From Perkinsus olseni (lineage: Eukaryota), in NCBI GenBank assembly GCA_013115125.1, contig JABANN010000079.1:58971-78970 (forward strand): DNA of 20,000 nt. The letters are read 5' to 3'. Made by a program: the position numbers and the translations under genes. This document shows, piece by piece, positions 10,189 through 20,000 of the stretch (positions are counted from its first letter, which is position 1; each line of letters begins with the position of its first letter). The notes beneath the pieces are model-generated. The model made no database searches. It saw only the letters and a program-made list of their open reading frames with translations, and had not been told where the DNA came from.

Positions 10189-12778
10189 ATGGTCGTCTCC
10201 AATAAGCTACACGGTACTCGATCAGTCCTGCTGCTCCGCCGCGATGAGTGCCACGACAGCCTTTGGACACCATTAGGTACGAAGCGCGAAGGGCAATATA
10301 ATCTTAACTACTCGAGGTTCGATGATGTTGGCGAAGAGAGTCGTGAGGAGGCCAGTCAAGAGGGTAAGGATGTCTTCTGTTGACCAAGGCTGGTTCCGAC
10401 TAGCCTTGGTCCGCTCGCGCTCGCTGTCTCTGTGGATTAGGTGGAGAGAAGGCCGCGATTGCTGGCCATGTACCTCCAGAACTGAAGGAAGCTCTGAGAC
10501 TGATGGAGGTGAGGGCTCGCGGTCGAGCATCTCTTCCCAGATGTATTCAAACTTCTACCTGTGTTTACGAGCCGGTCACCGAGCTCAGTGCTAGTGATGG
10601 CGCGGGACTATCGGCCTCATTTCTGAAGAGGCGTTCACGGCTTGGATAACCATTGGGCTACTCTGCTCCATTGGCTCAGTCCGGAGATCCAACCGCTAAG
10701 AAGAGAGCAAACGAGCTGGCCCTTCTGGCTGTTGAGGTGATAAGCTCGATTCACTGGCCTTCGGGATAGTCTTCTCTGCGGCGAGCTGCCATCGCCAGCG
10801 CCAGCCTCTGTCGATACACGATGGCTCGTGATTCCTCTCAAGCAGCGTAGATAGACGACTCTCCTGTTTCTCTAGTATTATCACAGCGAGAGACTCATGC
10901 GGCGGCCTCCGAACGCCAGAGTCTCCCGTATTGCAGGAGGGAGAGGAAAATTACGAATGAGGCTCGTGCTTACTTCAAGCCTCTTGTTTCCGCTTTAACT
11001 ACGTGGGTTCTTTACTTTTCCTTGCAAGGCTCAACAATACCGCAGTTGATAGTGCACTAGTTCACTGTAGTCTCACCAGCGAGCCTGGCCACATTCGATT
11101 TGAATAGACGTGCCATGGATGGTGTCCTGGGTCACTCTGCATCGCCCTACTCAGAGAGGCGGTCCGGAGATTCGGAAACGGTTCGAAGAAGCTCTGGCCC
11201 TCTCGACCGACGCGACCAACCAGGATGGGTCTATCAAGGTGAGTTGGGTCAAGAAATACCTCTATGCTTGAGCCTCCGAGTGATGGAGGTGGAAAGATTC
11301 ACTAGGACACCGCACGGCAGCCATGCCGCGGCTACTCTGAACAGACTGTATATTTTAGCGTCACTCCATCGCCGGTTCGTCAGGCGGCTTCGTCTATACT
11401 GAAGAAGAAACTCGATGCGACACGAGAGGAGTTGAAAGCCATTGACGAGAAAATAGAGGCGGCTAGGCGGTGCACTGTGAGGAACACACCATAAGGCTAT
11501 ACTGACGAGATAGTATCAACAACATCTGCATCTTTGCCTCTTTTCTTATCCAACGATCAACATCTAGTAACATCTTCGCACTTCACTACGATGTTGTGTC
11601 AGACTCCGGAAGACTTCTTCGAGCTCCTGAAAGAGAGCGGCATCCAGGATAAAGGAGACATCCAGCGCGCTATCGGAGACCCTCAGTAGCCTGCTCCCCC
11701 ATATCTTCATAACCCCTAGTTCTCCTGAGGTTTTTTTCGGAGCTGATCAACAGGCGAACCCTTCCGAAGGAAGATCCCAAAGTCGCCAAAATCCTTAATT
11801 TGGTTGAAGGTCAGATCTCAAATTCTGCTTATCAAACGATGGTATGGCTTGCTTAGAATGCACAGAGAGCCAGGAAGCAGCCGAGACGGTGCCAATGAGG
11901 GAGAAAACGATCGAACCGGCGTGGCAGCAGGCGGATCATACGGTGAACATGGCGAATCGCATCGTTTGGGCTCGGTTGTGGTATCCTGCCGTAGGTCCAA
12001 TACCTGACGGATGAGAAGACTGGGAAGATGAGGGGAGCCTGCATCACTGTTGATGTGTCGGGGATTAAGAGCATAGAGGATGTCGAGCTCGACGTATCCA
12101 AATGGTAAGGAGATACCGTGTATGATACACGAAATAATACACGGTGTAGTGCCTTGCACTCAGCGGGCCTTGACTTTGATCACGGTTCCTGGAAGAGAGC
12201 TCTCTATTAATGCCTTATTCATTCCTGTCTAGAGTGCGCCAGAAGCCGGCCGGTTTTTCTCTGTCGTATATTTTCATTGCCGGGATAGTCTAGTGGTTAT
12301 GACGTCTGCCTTACACGCAGAAGGTCGCGAGTTCGACCCTCGCTCCTGGTATTGTATTTCGGGTTATCACCGAAGGATCATTGTAGGTTGTATTGCTCGT
12401 GAGCGGGAGTTTCTGGAAGTCTTGTCACTCATGCTCCGTGGCATGAGGGATGCGGTCGAGTTAGAAATTTCTCATCATCCATCGCCGTGGCACTTGGTGT
12501 AGGCCACGAACTTGTTCGTTATAATCCCGAGTTCTGAAATGTGCCGCCGAAGCCTTATGATGTATTGGCTTCCGATATCATTTGTCTCGGTTGAGCCCGC
12601 CGGCCACCCTGAGTCCGCGTGTCCTCTCAGCTACATTCGCATTCGAGCAACTCCCATTCGTAAAGTCCTCAACCTCGGCCCCTTCAACTTCGAGCTTAAT
12701 ATCGACACTGTTGAAGCGAAGCTGAGAAGGAAGCATGGGAAGCTCCTTGTTACAGTTCGTCCTCGGATGAGAGATTAG
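10189..12778 (+). CDS. Multi-exon protein with helical/coiled-coil N-terminal part and C-terminal PIH1/CS (HSP20-like) domain; putative HSP90 co-chaperone or dynein-assembly-factor-like
   Basis: In-frame GT-AG exons: WTPLGTKREGQYNLNYSRFDDVGEE; VPPELKEALRLME; SGDPTAKKRANELALLAVE; RGGPEIRKRFEEAL; KKKLDATREELKAIDEKIE; TPEDFFELLKESG; then ACITVDVSGIKSIEDVELDVSK|CYIRIRAT...LNIDTVEAKLRRKHGKLLVTVRPRMRD*, which fits the CS-domain pattern of PIH1-family C-termini. The start and some internal junctions are uncertain. Confidence 0.7.
12279..12351 (+). tRNA. tRNA-Val (anticodon TAC), intronless
   Basis: Full cloverleaf: acceptor GCCGGGA/TCCTGGT, D arm GTC-TAGTGGTTAT-GAC, anticodon arm TCTGC-CTTACAC-GCAGA, T arm GCGAG-TTCGACC-CTCGC, discriminator A. 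Confidence 0.96.
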
Positions 12779-12871
12779 CATGATTGGCAACAGACGTTAG
12801 TATCATTCACTGTGCGATTTGGGCTTTAACGGTCTCACATAAATTGGGATCAGCTGGGGTTTACATGCTTA

Positions 12872-15800
12872 ATGCCGCTCCTTCAAACCGTTCCTCTGCA
12901 GCGGGGCCTCCCCTGTCGCTACGTCCTGTCTCCAGTAGGCATCCAGACTGCTTGAGTGATAACCTCGTGGTGACGTCCTCGCTCAGGAGAAGGTGTCTGG
13001 TCCGGACTCGAGAAATGAGGGCCCGAGCAGCCATAGAGGAGTGGCAGTGAAAATGGACTTCGGTGAAGAGGCGGAACTCGACTGGGGAAGGAAGCTGTTA
13101 ACCGGCTCCTCAGTTGCTGTCCTCCTCCAGAGTTAATCCGCAGGTACCCTTTCTATGTCGAAGTTACGTCGGTTGACCTCAGCGGATATGCGCGCTCGGC
13201 GAAGCTGCTCGGAGAAGAGGGAGGCAAATCGTCGAAATTTCTAGAGAACTGGCGGAAGTGATCAGCCTGGACTGCCCTCCTGGTAGGCCATTTGTTAGGT
13301 ACGCTGCCGACCGGGAACGATTAAAGAAAAAACAGGAGTCGTTGACCGCGCAGTTATCAGGGCTTGTAGCGGAGAGGTATCGGACGTGACGTCCTGCCTA
13401 TCGTCATGATGTCATCAGCCGGGCCTCTCCTGGTGAAGATATCATGCGCAGAAGATGGGAGCTGCGCAGACAGCGAGATGAAGAGGAGAGGAAGATGCTC
13501 GACACAACGCAACTTCTGTAAACCTAGCGATTCCCTCGTCCTGTATTTCCTCCCTGTGGTCAGCTCCTCGAGGCTGCTGTATGAATCAGGTATGCGAGTT
13601 GGATGCAATTAAAACTCATGCGTGAGTGGCAAGGGTTCACTTCTACGCCGTGGATCCTGAAGGCTGTCCCCGCTACGATGGACCCGGCGGACGACGAGAA
13701 GCGATGCTTGCGGGAGAAGCAGGAGGAATCCCAGGAAGTGCGTGTCGCATTTGTGTAACTCGGGCATGTTTTGGGCCTACTCTCTGCCTCGATATGAGGT
13801 GGCGATAGTCGGTGCTCCAGCCACTATCCGAACTGTTTTCGTGCTTCTACCGTAGCTCATAGCTCCAGACGCGCGACCGCTCTCCTCCCATGACGCTGTA
13901 GGCGGTCCTTTGCGTGCTGTAGGTCTCGGTGTTACAATCGCTACCACCTGCGGAAGCCCTCGCTGCCGTTTCTGAGAGGTGGGCGAAGACGAAGAGGCAA
14001 CCAGGGGAGCCGCAGGTGAGGTGACGCTCTCATAGTAGTGAAGCACTCATCGAGTTTAGTACGACATGCGCTTGATCTATGATGATCGGTGTATTACGGC
14101 TGACCATAAGCTCGATTCTCCAGTGGAGATCGACCGCAGAGAGAGGGCACGTAAGGTCAGGGCCTACCTCACTGCTAGCCTGGATGGCGGTAAGCTCGCC
14201 AATTGAGCGCATGAATACGGCGTCTCACCTCCTCAGGCACGGAAGTCCGCTCGGAATTCGAGCTCCCACTTACTGATATCTACACCTGGTCCTTGGGAGA
14301 GCTGCCTCTGGTGAGTTCCATTAGCCCCTCCTGAGCTCAGCCTGAGCCTTCAGGGTGATGCCGTCCCTTGCCAACGAGCGTCCCCCGACCCTCCTGTGGT
14401 GGCCGCCGCTGGTGCCTTCTCCTTTGCAGTGCATACCATGCCGAACCTCCTCACACTCAGTAGGTAACAGAAAGGCGTATATTTATATGCCAATAGTATA
14501 CCACATTTTCCGATAATCGTGTTGGATACCAACAGGTTTTATCTTCACAGATTAGAATGATATATTATGACGTATTCAATGATACTGCATCTGAACGTCG
14601 TTGCATCCCAATTTTACCATGGGTTGCGTCCATCCGCTACAACCTCCGCGGCATGATAGTTTCTGCAGGAGTTTACGTCAGCCACATAGAGAGTCGGTGG
14701 CAGCTGCTAGTCCCTAGAAGTTTGAGACTAGCGATGGGACGCACCAGAGTAACTGCAGAGGCGGTCGTGAATGTGAAAACGACAGTCGGTGGGAAGCAGG
14801 TGAGTTGGGGTCAACTCCTGGGCGCTTGGTGAAGTTGAAGTATTCGCTCAGGTGACGCATGTTTATCAACAGCATCACTTCGCGGAGAACCTGTCCGTAT
14901 TGGCGGACGCAGCGAAGGAAGATTTGGAGCACTCAGGTGAGTAGAGGACGATCCGGTCGGGGCTGTCACCTTTCTCGCAGGCATCACCACTGGAGTACTC
15001 ACCTGGCCTGATGCTGCCACCTCCAACCATAGTGGGTATGTCGTTCCTCCCATCATTGGTTCCGGTGGAACGGTGAACAGCGAGGAGCCGAAGGACGTGG
15101 AGACCATGTCAAATACTCCGCGCGGCGCAGATGATTCCACTGCGGGGGTCCTCCAGGGTGACTTGGCCGAATACTTCGAGAAGAGGTTATTCTCTATCAG
15201 CCATCTGTGTCACTTCCTAGCGTCTATCGAAGATACTGCTGGCTGCCTCTGGCTGCTGGAGAGGACGGCTCGGCTATGTGGCGAAGCGCTCGGCTGATGA
15301 TGTTGCGCGAGAGAGCTGAGGGGCGTCTCCTAGGTGGGTATGCTGTATTGCGAGGGACCCTAACCATCTTTGCCATGACGATCTCGGCGCAGCTCAGAGG
15401 GGTTCGCCCAGGTTGTGTTTCCTTCAGGAGAGTATGGGAACGTCCCCATCCCTGCATTCGACCGTGAACTGCCGGCGCATCTTCGGCGAAGGTCAACCCA
15501 AGACACTGATGAGCATCAGACCAGTCGAGCGAAGACACCCCGTAGGTCTCACTGTCACGCTGCTAGGCTCCACACCAGTCCCCGTAGGCCGCTCGAGCAC
15601 CTCTGGTTCTCTCACACTAGGGGTTGAGGGCGACGACTCCGAGCGGGAAGGCCACATACAGGATTTTATAGATAGAGTTAGGGCACGGAGCCAGCAGCAC
15701 TTACAGATCAAGTAGACCGTGGTGGGCATGGCTGAGCAGTGCTCAGCACCCTCACTCCTCCCGAGTCTCACGGCTCAGATCGGTCGTCACCTACCGCAGT

Positions 15801-18800
15801 GTAGTGCAGGAATGCGAGATAGATCTGCTGTCCTGGCTTCAATGGGCGGAGCTGTTGTGAGGAGCTATCCGTCTTGCAGTGGCGTCGAGCGTTACAGCAG
15901 GTACGCGGTGAAATCGTTGTTCACGCCGTACCGTCCGCTGCGTCCAGCTCCCCGCAAGGACCCTCGTTTGAGCGTGAACGCCACTAAGCAAGTAGATTTA
16001 CTTATTCAGGTACGGCCGCAGTGGGACACTGCTGTGAACACCCTCGTCGTTGTCCACAGGTAATCCAAGTCACAGGCCTACCGAAACGACGCGCTGATGA
16101 CTCTTGGCGGCGAAGGGCGTCCTCTTACAACCCAGCCAGCGGATTCGCTTCCTACAACGCCTTCAATCATGGCTTTTCTTCAACTGGTGTGTGCCGGTTA
16201 CCCTGAGAGCATCGGGATTCCCCTTCGCAGGCTTCGGTGCAGCAGGCACGGGCCAGGAGTTTGCCGGGATGGGCACTAGCACCTTCCCGGAGGTAGCCCA
16301 TCAACCTAGTCCAGCGTGTAACAGTAAACCTCAGATCGTGGTGGAAGCTCGAGTAACCGATTTTCATGGCGAGATGGTATCGGAGGTTACGAGAAGGGTT
16401 CCTGCAGGAGGCTTGTCGGGTACAGCTGACGTGAATCAGAAGATAGTCGTCCCTTTCATGCGGCCACGTGACGTCGAGGTACGTTCCCACCACTTCTGAG
16501 GGGAATGCTAGTCATCCTCGGTAGCTGATGAATTTTTGATGCTACCGAACGCTCGATTGGCGTCTTCATTTTCGAGGTGCCGGCGGAAGAATTCGCGGAG
16601 CTGCCGGAGAGTGTCCATCTCAATGTGTTCGACGAAAGATCGGTCGTCCGCACGCTCAGAGACGGTTACACGGTCCGTACAGGTAGTGACCCCCCCCCCC
16701 GACAATGCGCCTTAACTCGGTCTGCCCGGCGTGTGTTCAGATACCGAACGACGCTTCCTCGGCTCCTTCTCTCTGCCTTTGTCGAGTATATTCAATAGCC
16801 CATCAGCTGTGGATGGTACATTCAGACTGGACACACCGGTAGGAGCTCTGCAGTTACCGGTGCCTGTTTTTGCTCATGATGCTCGTCGATGGAACATGAG
16901 GATTTCATGTCTCATCATGAGACTCTCATGAGATCTGAATGTGGTAAAGTTTGTCACGATGAGACACTTTCCTAATCCTCACCATCTCTGTCCGGTAAGC
17001 TCTGTTACATTTCAGGCGGTTACTCTCGGGTATTCTCCGGCCGAATCACAGGAGGAGTTCTCCGGTTCCCACATTGTCCTCTCCGCTACGATCAATCCCC
17101 TCATTGCCATCACTCAGAGGCAGCAGCAGGTGACTGATGGGAAGGAACCGCCGGCCAGTCTCAGCTTTCCCACCGCAGCCGATGAGTCGTGTCGTCGTGC
17201 ACTGATTTTCCTCGTGTCTCGAGGAAGAGTCAACCCCGCTCCACCGCAGGATATAACCCCAGGAGCCGAACCTCGAGCCCTGCTGAATCATGTCCAACGA
17301 TGGTTGGAGCGGCTCCGGTCAGCTTATCCCAAGTCCATCGTGGAGGGCAGCATGGCTCTGGGGACAGATCTAGACGGCCGGAGCGTTCTAGTGAGTTCTC
17401 GCGTGTATTTCGTTCGGTCCTCGGCGTGAGCGCCTCACCGCAAATTACACTGCAGTCTGCAATGAGTGGGGGTTTTCAGTGGCCCCTACTGAGAGGAGCG
17501 CCCCCAGGAATGAGTTTAACGTGTGAAAAACGATCCGGGAAGCCCGCTCTGAACTCAAGCGGGATCCATTGCGCTTTGTTTCCACCAATGCGACGGGACT
17601 TTTTCGGTACTCAGGCATGCCGGTATGTCGCCCAGCCATTAACCCCACCTCCAGAGGTGACCTCTCTCGACGACCCCCACGCCATCGAGCGGGCCGCTAG
17701 ATTCGTCAGCATGGTAGGTTCGGTTAGTAATACTAGCCTAGTATCGGAGTTTTAGTCCACATGGTCCTTGGTGAATCCTTCGCGGTGCGCTGAGCTGAAC
17801 GATTGCAGTATCTTCTGTCGTAGAGTTCTCGATCTTCTCCAGATACCATTCCTTACGGACGACCAAATCTTTTCCTCATTGAAGGGCAGCACGAAGCTCA
17901 ATCTCGACGTCTGGTGCACTCCACAGAATTTCATCGACATCCGCGCGGGTGAGGGGTTTACCGGAGTGTTCCCTTCGCAATGGCTCTGCCGCGCTAAATT
18001 TTCACGGCACACTAACTTGTCTGTGTGGAACGATTTGAAAGAAAGCAGAGAACTTTGTGGTAGAAGGAGGAATCATCGTTCTTTGAAAGAACTTCTTTCA
18101 CTTTTCACTGTTACTCCATAGAGAGCCTCGGCCTCAGAGATTTCACCTGGTGGGGTGTGGTAGTGTTGAGAGATGTCCTTTATCTGCACTCAGGTGACTG
18201 GGAGGAGCATGCCACTCTGCTCTGCAGCTACTTCAAGAGGATCGATGCCCATCGACGGTTGCAGAGCTCCAATTACCCAGTCGTTGAGTCGTCCTGTATC
18301 GTGTGTCGCTACATAGCTGACGAGAAAGCGATGTAACGTGAGTGCCTGCTCTTCTGTGCTCGCCCGTATAGCCGCACCACGGGCCTCGCCGTTCCCTGTC
18401 TTCCCTGAGGATCCTCTTTATGAAGGTTCGTATTGAGGCGGGACACGTCCTCCGGTCACTGTGAGATATGGCAGCCAGCCAGCGGGGAGTGCTTCTTCCT
18501 GCCCAACGCAGGCAGGCCATCTAATGGCAGCCTCCTGGATTCATTCCGGTAGTGCGGGATACTTCTTACGGCCGCGAGTGGCTCGGTGATGCTCCCCTCT
18601 CCCTATTGCCTATTGGAATGCTTGTCTGGAGCCTACCAGGTTAATCGGGTTAGTGCAGCCTTCGTTCGGTGTAGGAGGTCCCTGAAGGACCCGGCAGCTG
18701 AAAATTCCCCCGGGACTGGCGAGAAGCTCAGAGCGACGCCATATTGCCCTATTCGTCGGGTCATAGCCGTCTTCAATGACTCCAACGTTTGGTTCTATCG

Positions 18801-19720
18801 GAAGCAACAGCCCGATAACTCCGCCCAAAGATTCGTGGGTCAGCTACATGATCTACGCTCTTCTCGGGACACTCAGTGAGCAGATTGCCGTGAATGAGAT
18901 CAACTGGGATCCGGCCAGCAAGGAGGATTGGGAGCCCCTACTACCCGAGGGCGCGCGAGAGGCGCTCCTGGAGTCGGAATCCATAATTCCCATCCAGGCA
19001 GGCTGCTCTCCGGGAGCTCAAAGGTTCCCTGCCAGCTTGATTATCGCTCCTCCTTCAGGTCGATAGTATCAAGTACAACGTCATTTCACAGAAGCATATT
19101 AACACGCTTCAGACTACCCTACAGTCCCGCCTCGAAAGCAACATACGACAATACCGAAGCTGCATCGGCACAGGTAGCATTCGAGTGTCTATGAAGGCAC
19201 ACGGAAGGGGATGAGAGCCAACCCACACTCCGCTGTTGGTCAGGCCTCACCCGATTGGACTCCAGTCTTCGCAATGCACTGATGGATATCTGCGAACTGT
19301 TCGAGAAGCATGCTCAGACTCATCGTATATCCGGCAACGAGTCCGTCTTCCCTCTCAAACCCAAGGAGGTATCTTCGATGGCATTTTAGCATGCTCACTT
19401 AGTCGTGCTTGACTAAGGTTCCTGAGGTCACAGGGTCGAGTCTGGAGCAGGCATTGAATGGCCTGGATCAGCTCGTGGGTGACGCCCGTGTCTTCGGCGT
19501 GCCGATCAACGTCACCTACACGGATGTGAGCACTCTGTGGCAGAAGGTAGACTGCGGCTCCTGTTGGTGGCTGAGACTTGGTCTGCGGTAGGTTGTCAAT
19601 ACCGGCGTGCTCGATCCCGTGGGGCAGACCTGCGACTTTGCCGTAGCCGTCCGTGTATTCAGCTACCCTGCCAATGTACTCAGTGTGTGGGCCTTCGTCG
19701 TGTGTTGTGCTAGGGATTGA
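12872..19720 (+). CDS. CC2D2A: Coiled-coil and C2 domain-containing protein 2A (MKS6), ciliary transition-zone protein; many short exons
   Basis: Spliced blocks match CC2D2A architecture: LRRQRDEEE...WMQLKLMREWQGFTSTP; EIDRRERARKVRAYL; LFTPYRPLRPAPRK; C2 domain (VHLNVFDE...RRFLGSFSLPLSSIF...DGTFRLDTP); transglutaminase-like region (AARFVSMIPFLTD...[28 protein letters not shown]...IWQPASG...CPIRRV...VFNDSNVW); C-terminus FGVPINVTYTD...NTGV...FAVAVRVFSYPANVLSVWAFVVC...* (TGA 19718-19720). The start (12872 or 13053) is uncertain. Confidence 0.9.
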
Positions 19721-20000
19721 TAACATGCAAGGACATGAGTGTGGGGGAATTGTCACTATGGGTTTGGGTCTTGGGTTGGAGTGAATTTACCTGCGGCTGT
19801 CAGGGGCCCCCTTCGTGATGCATTAGAAGCATGAAAAGAGTACCTGAACTTCGGGGGGTGAGTGAGTTTATTTCGTGCCTCTCAGTACTGCTGTCGGGCG
19901 GCATACTGTTCCCAGTCGTCTAGTGCCTACTGTTATGTCTCCAATTGTGCGATCCTGTCTACGGATACTGTCTCCATTTGATTGTGTTACGCTGAGCTAG

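Noticed and set aside
1..20000. Search for CRISPR arrays, spliced-leader RNA, transposase/reverse transcriptase and rRNA
   Set aside because: No regularly spaced repeats, no SL-like ...TTGGCTCAAG sequence and no recognisable motifs were seen by eye.

Overview
Eukaryotic, gene-dense, intron-rich genomic DNA with many ~40-200 bp GT-AG introns. The style is most consistent with a perkinsid alveolate such as Perkinsus (inference from gene style, not a database result). The supplied ORF track is mostly fragments or antisense shadows, so genes were assembled by hand across introns. In order: a minus-strand HAD-superfamily hydrolase running off the left end; a divergently transcribed holocytochrome c synthase; casein kinase II beta; a PIS-like CDP-alcohol phosphatidyltransferase; an intronless, signal-peptide-bearing orphan protein; a protein with a C-terminal PIH1/CS-like domain whose last intron contains a complete tRNA-Val(TAC); and a long multi-exon CC2D2A (MKS6) ciliary transition-zone gene. 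No CRISPR array, transposase or other mobile element was recognised. The most notable oddities are the intron-nested tRNA lacking a T-run terminator, several hairpin-rich long introns, and the orphan secreted ORF. Start codons and some exon borders are approximate.
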